From IMG/VR virus record IMGVR_UViG_3300037086_000332: 64,000 bases of DNA. The stretch is one strand, 5' to 3'. Shown here piece after piece: positions 1 to 10,600 of this stretch. The DNA is from an uncultured virus (IMG/VR IMGVR_UViG_3300037086_000332). Lineage: Duplodnaviria; Heunggongvirae; Uroviricota; Caudoviricetes. Made by a program: the position numbers and the translations under genes. The notes below the pieces were generated by a model. The model was not told where the DNA came from. It made no database searches and was given only the letters and a program-made list of their open reading frames with translations. Position 1 is the stretch's first letter. The number at the start of each line of letters is the position of its first letter.

Positions 1-2694
1 TTGAATAGTTGCATTTTGATTTGTTGCTTGGAGCAACCAAGCTCCACCTGAATGAGTCCAAGTAGAAGCAGCAGCACTTGTGTGATTCAAAGCGCCCGTT
101 GAAATAATTGTTGATGCAGAAGCAGTTCCTGTTGACTGAATATTGAAACCAGATGCCGAAGCGGGCAACACATTCAAAATACCCCAAGACTTGTAGTTTG
201 TGCTGTAGAAATCTGTAGCATACAAGTCACCACTGTAGTTTAGTCGAGTAATGTTCGTTGGATTAGTTGTCGTCAAGTTGTCAAATGCCCCTGCGACGTT
301 TGCAGTTCCATTTGCTCCTGTGAATGCAAGGTTTCCTGTGATAGTAGTCTTTCCAGTTCCAGATGTAGTGATTGTAATACTTCCATTTGCTGTGTTTGAC
401 AACAACTGGATAGCATTTCCAGTTCCATAACCCTGAAGTTGAATAGTTCCTGGAGTTCCAGCAGTGGCCTGAGTTGAAATAATAATATTTCCACTCGTTC
501 CACCTGCATTTGAACTTTCTGTTCTGATTGTAATACCCGTACCAGCTACAGCACCTGTGATTGTGTCTTTGATTGTGATTCCAGATGCTGCTGCGGCTGA
601 AGTTTGCCAGAGAGACGCCGCTGCACTAGTAAAGTTGAGAGCACCAGTTGAAGTAATAGAAGAAGTTGATGCGGTACCAGTCGCTGTAATTGTGACTCCA
701 TTGTTTGCTGTAGGACTGATTGCAATTGCACCAAGAGACTTATAGTTGGCACTCCAAATGTCTGTTGCATATAAATCGCCGTTATAATTCAATCGTGTAG
801 TGGCTGCAGGAGTTGTAGAACCTCCGTCAAGTTGTCCAGCAACTTGATTTGTTCCATTGTACTGAAGAGCGCCAACAACTGTTGAGCCAGCCGTTTGCAA
901 TTGGTTGGCGAAAGCCACCTCAGCCATATTTCCATTGGAAACTTTTCTTACTCTCCATCTCCAAGTAGAATATGTTGACCAGGCAGCGCCCGCGGCACCA
1001 TAGGTTGCTCCAGTCGGAAAGGCATATTGACCAAACTGAATTCTTACTGTGTAAGCATCAATCCTACCATAGTATCCCATTCCGTAAGAGACACTATTCT
1101 GACTAATATATTGAATATTATTGCCAGCCACCGCTTGATTCACATCTACCCAGTTATCAGAACCAGTAGAATTTACTTCTACAAAGATTTTATCAGTTGG
1201 TTGAATTGGTCTAGTAAATTTGACATATTCATAATGTGACGCCGTTAGAAGAGGCACTAAACTTCCGTTAATTCCGTATATAAAAGATGTTGTATCATCA
1301 GCATTTGCGACGTTAGAGTTTGAAGAATATTCTGTATAGTCGGTTGCAAGATTTGTGTTATTTGACCACTGAGCTATATCAACTTCAAAATAACCAGTCA
1401 ATACATCAGCGGTTACAGCCATACTCGTTCCCGTCATACTAGCGCCAAGAGGAGAGTTTACCCCTGCAGTGTCGTCCATTGAAAAATCAATTGTATTTGA
1501 ATTCGTCATTGAACGAATAATATAATGCTTTCCAGAACTTGCGGTCGAGTTATTTCTCCAAGCAAATCCTATTGGTCGTGGGTAACCATCCGTTGGAGTT
1601 GTAAGAGTAGGAGGAAGAGTTATCGTGACAGCAACTCCTGTTGGTGTTCCAATCACAACTTCAAAATTGCCAAGTAGCTTTGTTCCACGTCGGTAATAAT
1701 TGAAATAATTTGTTCCAGTGATAACTACGGTTCCAAGACCAGTAAATGTTGGTACATATGAAATTGGACCCATTATTGCAGGAGCAGTCAACTTACCAAA
1801 TGTTCCAGCATAGAATTGGTCAAGTTCAATAATAGTAGCGCTGCCACCTTGAGCAAGCTTTTGATGTAAGTGGAGTCTATAGCTCGTATTCACGCTTGGA
1901 GCAAATGAAGCAGTGAATTGAACCGGGTTAATTGATGCTCCAAGTTCCACAACTGAAGGATAAATAATGTTGCCAGCGGTGACATCCCAAATGTACACTC
2001 CAATTGTTCCTGAAACATAGTTGGCATCTGTCTTGTAATAGAATGACAAAGTGACCGTCTGCCCAATTGCTCCATTATCTATTGTAAAACTAGTTGACAC
2101 ACCATTTCCGATAGCAGAACTTGCACCAAGAGTAAATTTGGCGTCATTACTTCCAAAAAGTGGTGTAGTAGTGTTGAGAGCAAAAGATGTTCCACTAGAG
2201 GCACTACCAGTAAGGGCACTAGTTGGTAAAGCAGAAGGATTCACATTATATACATAAGGAGTAGCGTTTGAGGAACTGTTCCACCACGTCAAGAGACCAG
2301 ATTCAAAAGTACCAGAAGAAAGATAATTGGCTATAGCTGTTGCACTGGTTGCATTTCCAACAACACTTCCAATAATATTTCCAACAAAGCCTGTAGCATA
2401 CAAGTTTCCACTATAATTCAAACGATTTGAAGCAGTTGGCAGTGTCGTTCCACCATCCCATTCACCTGCTAGTTGAGTAGTTCCATTGTAACCAACAAAT
2501 CCAGTTGAAGTAGTTCCTGCGGCAAGAGTGCCACTGCCAACAATGCTCTTCAATTCATTCAGTGCGCCAACAACAGAAGTTGCAACCGTGAATCCCGTAA
2601 GAGCAGCATTTGAAGCTTGAGAAATTGAGATTGGAGAAGTAAGATATTGGTCTTGGAATGTAAGAGCTCCAGAATGAAATCCCTGCTCCAGCAG
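1..2694 (-). CDS. C-terminal continuation (+1 frame) of the giant tail-fibre-like protein; runs off the window edge
   Basis: Frame opens after the TGA at 2695-2697 and reads SGALTFQDQYLTSPISISQ...TSVVGALNELK...GYNGTTQLAGEWDGGTTLPT..RLNYSGNLY, the same modules as 2555..7567. No stop in the parts I translated (near 2690-1670, 901-1020, 1-60). It is absent from the ORF track, consistent with no stop inside the window. Confidence 0.8.
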   Translation of the reverse strand, partial: MLEQGFHSGALTFQDQYLTSPISISQASNAALTGFTVATSVVGALNELKSIVGSGTLAAGTTSTGFVGYNGTTQLAGEWDGGTTLPTASNRLNYSGNLYATGFVGNIIGSVVGNATSATAIANYLSSGTFESGLLTWWNSSSNATPYVYNVNPSALPTSALTGSASSGTSFALNTTTPLFGSNDAKFTLGASSAIGNGVSTSFTIDNGAIGQTVTLSFYYKTDANYVSGTIGVYIWDVTAGNIIYPSVVELGASINPVQFTASFAPSVNTSYRLHLHQKLAQGGSATIIELDQFYAGTFGKLTAPAIMGPISYVPTFTGLGTVVITGTNYFNYYRRGTKLLGNFEVVIGTPTGVAVTITLPPTLTTPTDGYPRPIGFAWRNNSTASSGKHYIIRSMTNSNTIDFSMDDTAGVNSPLGASMTGTSMAVTADVLTGYFEVDIAQWSNNTNLATDYTEYSSNSNVANADDTTSFIYGINGSLVPLLTASHYEYVKFTRPIQPTDKIFVEVNSTGSDNWVDVNQAVAGNNIQYISQNSVSYGMGYYGRIDAYTVRIQFGQYAFPTGATYGAAGAAWSTYSTWRWRVRKVSNGNMAEVAFANQLQTAGSTVVGALQYNGTNQVAGQLDGGSTTPAATTRLNYNGDLYATDIWSANYKSLGAIAISPTANNGVTITATGTASTSSITSTGALNFTSAAASLWQTSAAAASGITIKDTITGAVAGTGITIRTESSNAGGTSGNIIISTQATAGTPGTIQLQGYGTGNAIQLLSNTANGSITITTSGTGKTTITGNLAFTGANGTANVAGAFDNLTTTNPTNITRLNYSGDLYATDFYSTNYKSWGILNVLPASASGFNIQSTGTASASTIISTGALNHTSAAASTWTHSGGAWLLQATNQNATIQ

Positions 2695-5600
2695 TCATAA
2701 TAATATTTGTTGATGGTGCAAGAGTGATTCCACCAGTAGGAACAATATTAACAGCAGTATTGGTTCCACCAGTTGTTTGAATATTTAAAGAGGCTCCCTT
2801 CATTGCATATGAGGAATTAGTTCCCCATAGATATACCCAATCAGTATCCACAACAACACCAGTGCCACTAGTCAACACCATTATATCTCTCTGTGTGTTG
2901 AGGTCTCTTACAATTTGATTGACATTGAAACCAACACCAGTGGCCTTTGCTGTCGTGAATGCAGTTTGACTTGGATATACAATATATTCATTTTGTGAAA
3001 TGAGAGCGATTCCTTCTAGCATTGCTTGTAGAGTTGAGTCTCCTCCAGCAGTACCACCAGTAGGAGTGATGTTGGTGATTCCATCAACACCAATTAAATT
3101 GGCTCCACCCGCAGTTCCATTAGCAACGCCCTCTAATCTAAGAAGTTCGACGTAATCATACAAATCTTCTCTGTTCGCATTGATTGCGCCCATTATAGAA
3201 GTAGGAGTTGTTGGACTAACGGCTCTAGGCCAGTTAAAATCAGTCTGAACTGTTTGTCCGAATTGAGAAATAAGAGTTCCTGTACCAGTCTGAGAGAATG
3301 GGATTGCGGTTGTGACAATAGAATCTTTTATTCCACCACTGACATTTCCATAGAGTGTGTAACCATAAATATTGGCAAACTTAGCTGAAGAACTTCCAAT
3401 GTCACGCGCATTGTCGGCATCAGGAAGGAAGTTTGCATTTGCTACAATACTGCCTCTTGAAGTATTTGTAACTGAAAGCTGAAGATTTTGATTTCCATTG
3501 ACAGTCAGGTCATTAGAAGAGGAACCAGTTGAAGTTATGAGCGGTGTTACAATCTCTGTTGATGCATAAATATCAGTTGAATAAAAGTTTCCATCATAAT
3601 TCAATCTAGTTGTGTGAGAAGGAGCAGTTGTTCCACCATCTAACTGACCAATTGTTTGTGTAGTTCCATTATAATTTAGGAATCCAATTAAAGTGCTTCC
3701 ACTAGTAAGTCCATCGGCTACTACAACAATATTACTTGTTGTTGCACCAGTTGCACCATAAACAAGCTGCCAACGATTAGTTGATTCATTCCAAACAATC
3801 TTAGAATCCTGGTCACCCTCAGCGCTGTCTTTTGCTCTTCTGATTCGAATGCCGGTTTCAGAAACTGGGTCGACTCCAGTAGCAGCGTAATTGAGAATCA
3901 ATTCTGCATCGGATACTGTAACATTAGTAGATGATACTGTAGTAGTTGTTCCTGATACAGTAAGGTCTCCTGAAATGGTTATATTTCCATCACCAGCAAT
4001 AGTGAGAAGAGCATTGTTGGAACCCTCTCTTTCAAAAACAATCCTATCATCAGAATCCGCACCAATTTGGAAATGCATTTCAGTAACACCACCAGAAACA
4101 TTGCTATAAATCTTAGCTTCATCAGTTCCAGTTCCACTCGTTCCAACTGGACGGAAATATATTCCTCCATCAGTTCCTGATAGATATAAACTGTTGAATG
4201 TATTAGAAGCTGAACCAAGACTAAGAGTATCATCTGTTACAGGAATAATACTTGCGGCAAGACTTCCTAAATCTATTTCTCCACCCTTCAATTCATTGAG
4301 TGCCCCAACAATAGATGTTGCAGTAAATCCTGAAAGCCCAGTTGTTCCAGATTGAGAGAAATTAATTGGACTGGAAGCATATTGGTCAGAAAATTGCAAA
4401 TCTCCCTCAGAAGCAAACACGATAGAACCAGCAGTGCCTCCATTTGAGGAATATGTCTGAAGATATACATTGCCACCAGTCGAACTAGCCGAATTTGCAT
4501 CAGTAAAGATGCTAATTCCTCCTCCAACATCTCCGTCTGGAGCGTTCGATGCCATCTGTATGTCGCCACCAGAATATGTTTGTAAATCTAACCTTGCGTG
4601 AGCATATATGCTAAGTTGCGATGTTGATATTCCATTGACACTATTAGTATATAAATTTGTTGAATATAAATTACCATCATAATTGAGTCGATTTGTATGA
4701 GAAGGAGCAGTAGTTCCACCATCAAACTGGCCAGCACCCTTAGTGGTTCCATTGTAGTTTATGAAACCAGTCAAGGTGGTTCCTGCAACAAGGCCGGTTC
4801 CACCAACTATTCCACCACTAGAAGTCCATATTATAGTCGTACCAATTCTTAGAGTATCAACACTAGAGTTTCCAAGAGTAATTTCATTTGTAGCCGTTAC
4901 AGAAGATGCCTGAGCATTATAACCAAGAATTGTAAGATTGGAACCCGTAGTTATTGCATTTCCTGCGTAGACTCCCACTGCAGTGTTGTTAGCTCCAGTC
5001 GTGTTACTTTGAAGGGCGTAGTTTCCAACGGCCGCGTTATTGGCTCCAGTCGTGTTGGCATTGAGGGTGTTTGTTCCCACTGCAGTGTTGTGAACTCCAG
5101 TCGTGTTGGAGGTGAGAGCGTAGTCTCCAACAGCGACGTTGTAAGCTCCAGTCGTGTTGGTAAAGAGTGCACTTATTCCAACTGCAATATTATAGTCTCC
5201 AGCCGTATTGGATTGAAGGGCACTCTCTCCTACTGCTGTGTTACTAGAGCCTACCGTATTGTTTTTAAGTGCATTGTATCCAATCGCAGTGTTATCAGCA
5301 CCAGTAGAATTAGTCGAAAGGGCTCGAGAACCAACTGCAGTATTGTAGCTAGCAGTACTTCCAATAAGAGCATATGTTCCAATTGCAGTATTATCAGTAC
5401 CAATAGAATTAGAATAAAGAGCGCTGTACCCAACTCCAGTGTTATTTATAGCAGTCGTATTGTTACTAAGTGCTTGATACCCAACTGCAGTATTATAAGT
5501 CCCTCCCGTCGTGTTAGCAACAAGAGCATACCAACCAAATGCAGTATTAGATGGGATAGAACCAGCACCTCTTCCAACTGTTAAGCTATTTACAGCAATA

Positions 5601-7567
5601 TCTGTAGCAAATGAAGAGCCACCAACTATTCCACCACTAGAAGTCCATATTGTAGTCGTACCGACCCTTAGAGTATCAACACTAGAGTTTCCAAGAGTAA
5701 CTTCATTAGTAGCTGTTGCGGAAGATGCTGCAGCCTGATAACCAATAATAGTTAGATTAGAACCAGTAGTGACTGCGCTTCCTGCTGTATGACCAATTGC
5801 TGTATTATAAGTGCCGGTTGTATTCACATAAAGAGCTCTTGTTCCAATAGCGACGTTGTAATCTGTCGTGTTGTTCTGAAGAGATTGATGACCAATTGAA
5901 ACATTAGAAGAGCCAATCATATTTGATGCGAGCGCACTAAGCCCAATAGCAATATTGTTGTTACCAGTGGTATTCGAGACAAGTGACCATTCTCCTATCG
6001 CAACATTAGCACCGCCAGTCGTATTGACGTTTAGTGCTTGATAACCAACTGCTACGTTTTGAGAACCTGTCGTATTTTGTTGGAGAGCTCCCGACCCAAC
6101 TCCAACATTTCCGTCAGCTAGATTAGCATAGAGGGCACCGGTTCCCACTGCGACATTACTAGCTCCAGTCGTATTGGAGTAGAGAGCTGTGTAGCCCAGT
6201 GCGGTGTTGGCACTCCCAATCGTGTCGGCTTGGAGGGCATTTGCTCCCACAGCAGTGTTATAGGTTGCAGTCGTGCTGGTCTGAAGAGCTTGATACCCAA
6301 AAGCAGTATTATACTGACCAGTCGTGTTGGCAGCAAGGACTGTATTCCCCATAGCAGTGTTGGTTGAAAAAGAATTTCCCGCTCCTTGTCCAACTGTGAT
6401 TCCACGAACAGATATGTCTAGGGTTGAAGTTAGATTATTAGTGTAGAGATTACCGTCGTAATTCAATCGAGTTGTATGAGAAGGAGCAGTGGTTCCACCA
6501 TCAAGCTGGCCATCTGTTTTGGTTGTTCCGTGATAATTAAGGAAACCCGTTCCAGTATCTCCAGCAGTTCTTCCAGTTCCACCTCCACCTCCACCAGTGG
6601 AAGAAATGACTCCATCAGTAATAGTAATGGTGGTTCCATCAACCATTACTCCACCAAGAACGGAAGTAGAAGCTGTTGGAAGATTGGCAGCAAAAGTAGA
6701 TGCGAGAATGACATCAGCAAAAGTGGCTCCATCATTTGCCAATTGGAGTTTGCTGCTAGCATATTTCAGCACCGCCGTTCCAATGCTGACAGAACCAGAA
6801 TCGAAATAGCCGTGTTGTGCATAGACATTGCCAAATTTTTGTGTTCCGCTTCCAAGATCTACGGTAGTCGCATAAGGAATAACACTTGAGTGTATGGTTC
6901 CACCATCCCAAGTACCATTCTCGGCTATGTAATCAATGACATAATCTTCAGTGGCATAACCGAGGAGTCCAGCATTTTTAGGAACAATCATCGTCACCTT
7001 ATCACTAGTTTGTAGACTGAAACTGAATTGGATACTGTGGTTGGTGAGTATTGTGTAGTTGGTTTCATCCTGGAGTAGGCCGTTCCAATAAACATATAGA
7101 TTAGGACTAGTATATGGATCCAGTAGAGTACCTGAACCATTTGTAGAAAAACTCTGACCACTTTCTAGACTATATATTGTTCCTCTTCCAAGCCCTGAAT
7201 CCCAATCATCTGCTTGTGCACCGCCCTTTATTGTAGTATCAGTTACCCAACTACTGTCTTCTCCAGAGAGTGGAATAAATCCAGTATGAACGGCTAAGTA
7301 TAGATTATGTTGAGTGGTGTCGTAATATACTCTTCCTTCCAAACCAACGGCAAAAGTTGGGAGAGAAGAAACCACATTGACTGTTCCTCTAGTGATCCAT
7401 CCAGTAGGATCGGCCTCTAGAGGAGATGGTAGAGTTGGTTCACCAGCCATTTTCTTTTGTTTAATTGCGGCATTTACTGCAATTTGAAGGTCAGAAATGC
7501 CAAGACCTAATCCGCTGAGAGTGTCTTCAGTTGAGTTGTTGGCTATTTGTTCTGCGCGAATTCGCAT
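2555..7567 (-). CDS. Giant tail-fibre/adhesin-like virion protein (N-terminal part, frameshifted near 2675)
   Basis: 1670 aa, Gly/Thr/Asn-rich; two blocks of ~14-aa NTAVGxxALxxNTTG repeats; repeated GQLDGGTTAPSHTTRLNYDGN module; GGAGG RBS. The last ~37 aa look out of frame. Confidence 0.8.
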   Translation of the reverse strand: MRIRAEQIANNSTEDTLSGLGLGISDLQIAVNAAIKQKKMAGEPTLPSPLEADPTGWITRGTVNVVSSLPTFAVGLEGRVYYDTTQHNLYLAVHTGFIPLSGEDSSWVTDTTIKGGAQADDWDSGLGRGTIYSLESGQSFSTNGSGTLLDPYTSPNLYVYWNGLLQDETNYTILTNHSIQFSFSLQTSDKVTMIVPKNAGLLGYATEDYVIDYIAENGTWDGGTIHSSVIPYATTVDLGSGTQKFGNVYAQHGYFDSGSVSIGTAVLKYASSKLQLANDGATFADVILASTFAANLPTASTSVLGGVMVDGTTITITDGVISSTGGGGGGTGRTAGDTGTGFLNYHGTTKTDGQLDGGTTAPSHTTRLNYDGNLYTNNLTSTLDISVRGITVGQGAGNSFSTNTAMGNTVLAANTTGQYNTAFGYQALQTSTTATYNTAVGANALQADTIGSANTALGYTALYSNTTGASNVAVGTGALYANLADGNVGVGSGALQQNTTGSQNVAVGYQALNVNTTGGANVAIGEWSLVSNTTGNNNIAIGLSALASNMIGSSNVSIGHQSLQNNTTDYNVAIGTRALYVNTTGTYNTAIGHTAGSAVTTGSNLTIIGYQAAASSATATNEVTLGNSSVDTLRVGTTTIWTSSGGIVGGSSFATDIAVNSLTVGRGAGSIPSNTAFGWYALVANTTGGTYNTAVGYQALSNNTTAINNTGVGYSALYSNSIGTDNTAIGTYALIGSTASYNTAVGSRALSTNSTGADNTAIGYNALKNNTVGSSNTAVGESALQSNTAGDYNIAVGISALFTNTTGAYNVAVGDYALTSNTTGVHNTAVGTNTLNANTTGANNAAVGNYALQSNTTGANNTAVGVYAGNAITTGSNLTILGYNAQASSVTATNEITLGNSSVDTLRIGTTIIWTSSGGIVGGTGLVAGTTLTGFINYNGTTKGAGQFDGGTTAPSHTNRLNYDGNLYSTNLYTNSVNGISTSQLSIYAHARLDLQTYSGGDIQMASNAPDGDVGGGISIFTDANSASSTGGNVYLQTYSSNGGTAGSIVFASEGDLQFSDQYASSPINFSQSGTTGLSGFTATSIVGALNELKGGEIDLGSLAASIIPVTDDTLSLGSASNTFNSLYLSGTDGGIYFRPVGTSGTGTDEAKIYSNVSGGVTEMHFQIGADSDDRIVFEREGSNNALLTIAGDGNITISGDLTVSGTTTTVSSTNVTVSDAELILNYAATGVDPVSETGIRIRRAKDSAEGDQDSKIVWNESTNRWQLVYGATGATTSNIVVVADGLTSGSTLIGFLNYNGTTQTIGQLDGGTTAPSHTTRLNYDGNFYSTDIYASTEIVTPLITSTGSSSNDLTVNGNQNLQLSVTNTSRGSIVANANFLPDADNARDIGSSSAKFANIYGYTLYGNVSGGIKDSIVTTAIPFSQTGTGTLISQFGQTVQTDFNWPRAVSPTTPTSIMGAINANREDLYDYVELLRLEGVANGTAGGANLIGVDGITNITPTGGTAGGDSTLQAMLEGIALISQNEYIVYPSQTAFTTAKATGVGFNVNQIVRDLNTQRDIMVLTSGTGVVVDTDWVYLWGTNSSYAMKGASLNIQTTGGTNTAVNIVPTGGITLAPSTNIIMTAGAGISFWSSYIPRPISYFSNLNFSSFKCCSYGIHGCNFCCWRTE

Positions 7568-7597
7568 TTATCTTCCTCCAAGAAGTAGTGAGAAAGG

Positions 7598-7621
7598 AGA
7601 GGGGAGATTGCTCTCCCCTCT
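7598..7621 (-). terminator. 10-bp hairpin with GCAA tetraloop downstream of the 2696-aa gene (terminator or processing/stability hairpin)
   Basis: Minus strand AGAGGGGAGA-GCAA-TCTCCCCTCT followed by CCTTTCTC (weak U tract). Confidence 0.55.
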
Positions 7622-7634
7622 TTCAGAAGTTTGC

Positions 7635-10600
7635 TTAGAAGGACGCATCTGCTAGGGTCTTGAGCTCAATCATTACTATATCACCAGCAACCATTGGATC
7701 AATAATATGAATTCGTTTAGTAGTAGAGAAGTTGTAGTTCCACGCAGCATCATTGAGTCTCAATCCATTGAGATACACCGCAGCATAGTAGTGCTTTGGT
7801 GTATTAGATCTAAGAGCACTTGGAGTCATTGGGAAAGTTCCAGTAGTTGGCAAATCAATAGTAACTACCACGTAAGTATTTGTTACGTCTGTGGAGGAAG
7901 CAGTAACCTCTGCATAATCAAATGCAACATCAGTCTGTGCCTCAAAAGCTTGTTTGATAGCACCTAGTATTGATGTAGTGCCAGAGGGTAATACATAAGT
8001 CGTTGAATCAGAGAATGGAATTGCTGCAGTTCTTGCATCATCGAAATACAATTCACCAGTGGTGACTGTTCCAATGGTTAGGTTTGCACCAGTAACCATA
8101 ATGCTTGAAGTTGCTTTCGCAGTTCCAGTAATAGCATTATTTGAAGTTAAGAAAATATCTGCAGTACTTCCAGTTGTTTTGAGCGTTATATCTCCACCAG
8201 CAACTTCCAACTTGGAATCAGCAGCACCAGTCATACTTATTGCGGCAATTGAAGTTAACTTGATATCACCAGAAGTAGCCGTTTGTAGAGTAAGATCTCC
8301 ACCAGTCACCTTCATATATGAATTAGCGGCCGCATCAATGTCTAGAGCAGCAGCTGCAGTTACATAGAGTGTTCCTGAGGTGATCGTGCTAACTGTCAAA
8401 TCAGCAGCAGTTGTTGAGAGATTAGAAGCAACAGATCCATCAATGCTAATTGCTCCACCATCGATCACAACAGCATTACTTCCACCAACAACATTGAATG
8501 ACTTAGTGCTAGCACTTGTTGTGAAGCTTACGCCTCCTGTTGCTGTGATGTCGCCCGTTACTCCAACAGATCCAGTTGTTCCAACAGAAGTCACCTTGAG
8601 GATGGCTGCTCCTCCGGATCCTGCGAACTGGTGGTAGTAAGTATTCGATAAATTCCACGTTACTGAACCATTGTCCTGAGTAATAGTTCTTGTTCCAGAT
8701 TCACCATCATAGATTTCATCTAGAGTGTTGGCCCCCTGTTGAGCATCATACAATCCCTTCAAAGCGCCAAGGATTGATGTAAAACTATTTGGGAGTACTC
8801 CAATACTAGTCTCAGAGAAAGGAATTGCGGTGCTTGCAATTGCATCCTTGAATGTGATTGCACCAGCAGAATTAAGTGCCACATCTCCAGAAGTCACTGT
8901 TTTGACTGTGGCATTAGCGCCCGTTGCTGTTGCTGTCATTGTTCCAGCAGATGTAACATCTAGGGCTCCAGAAGTAATTGTGCTAATTGTGAGTGCTTGT
9001 CCAGTTGAAGAAACATTTGAAACAGCTCCAGAACCATCAATCGAGAATCCACCTGTAGCGTCTAGGGTTGCAGCAACTGCGTTCATATCTAGGGTTGCAG
9101 CTGAAGTAACTGCTAGGGTTCCAGAAGTTACTGTTGAAAGAGTCAAGTTTGCAGCAGTTGTCGTAAAGCGAGAAGCGACAGCAGCATCAATTACAACTGC
9201 CTTAGTAGCATCAACCACGACTCCACCGTCCGTCGTTATACTAACAGAACTGGTTGATGAACTTGAACTATCAATCGTGAATGTGTAGTTTCCAGTCTGA
9301 TCGAAGTTTCCATTCATATCAAGTGTAGTATCAATATTTACATCTACTGCAGAGGTCAATGTAATATATCCCGTGCCAGTTGTCGTAATATCAACCTGTT
9401 TATTTACTGCAGGTTGAATTGTTGTTGTAGAGGCACTGTTGATGTCGATAGCACCACTTGTTATTGTTGAGATGGTGAGGTCTGCACCAGTTGTTGTTAC
9501 ATTAGAAGCCAAAACTCCATCAATTGAGAACGAACCAGAGTCCATCGTAATTGCTTTTGTAGCATCTTCTGTAACAAGGACAATTCCTCCTAGTGTTGAA
9601 TCAAGTTTAATTGAATCGACTGCTGTGCTAGTTGTGTCCTGAATAAGAACTTTTCCACTTGCAGCATCGAGTTCCAAGTTACCAGATCCCTGAGCAGCAA
9701 TCTTTGTTAGTTGTCCAGATTTACCCTCGAGGTCTACAGCACCTGTCGTCGCGATATGCAAATAGCCACCACTTGCTTGATCAAGAGTAATAGAGTGTGA
9801 AGCGGCAGCATTGATGTCCACTCCTCCGAGTGTAGTAACCAAGAATGAGTCGTCAGCAGTTCCAGATAGATTGAAGTAATACTTCGCTCCACCAAGTGGG
9901 AGATTAGCGCCAGCGATATAATTCCAGTCAGTGTTTTCAGTTACTCCTGTTGTGCTAGTCAATACTTCTACAAATCTTGCGATGTCTTGTAGATATACAA
10001 CTGAACCAGTCAAGAAATAATCTGCACCCGTGCTCTTTGAAGTAGTGAAAGCTGCGAGATTTGCGAATGACTTCATTCCACCTGAACTTACAACCATACC
10101 TTCGAGCATTTGCTGTAGATTAGCATCCTCACCGACAAGCTTTCCAGCAGGAATAACTCCAGCAATTCCATCAACTCCAATCAAGTTTGCACCAGCAGCA
10201 GTTCCAATTGCAGCACCCTCAGTTCTTACGAGTTCTACATATTCAGAGATATCCAGTCTGTTTGCATCAACAGCTCCCATTATAGAAGTGATTGCTGCAG
10301 TTCCAAGTCCTGGTCTAGTCCAATTGAAATCGGTTTGTGTGTCATAAGCAAACTCTGATACAAGAGTTCCAGCATTCGTCTGGCTGAATGGAATTGCAGT
10401 GCTTGCAATTGCGTCTGCGAATGTGAGTGTTCCAGCAGACTGAAGAACAACATTTCCTGCGCTTGTAGTTTTGAGGGTGAGATTATAACCATTTACATTT
10501 ACATAAGAAGCCGCATCAGCATTAGTCTGAATTGATCCAGCTGATGTGATTGCTAGTAGAGTTCCAGCTGTTACTGTGCTGATTGTCAGAGTCTGACCAG

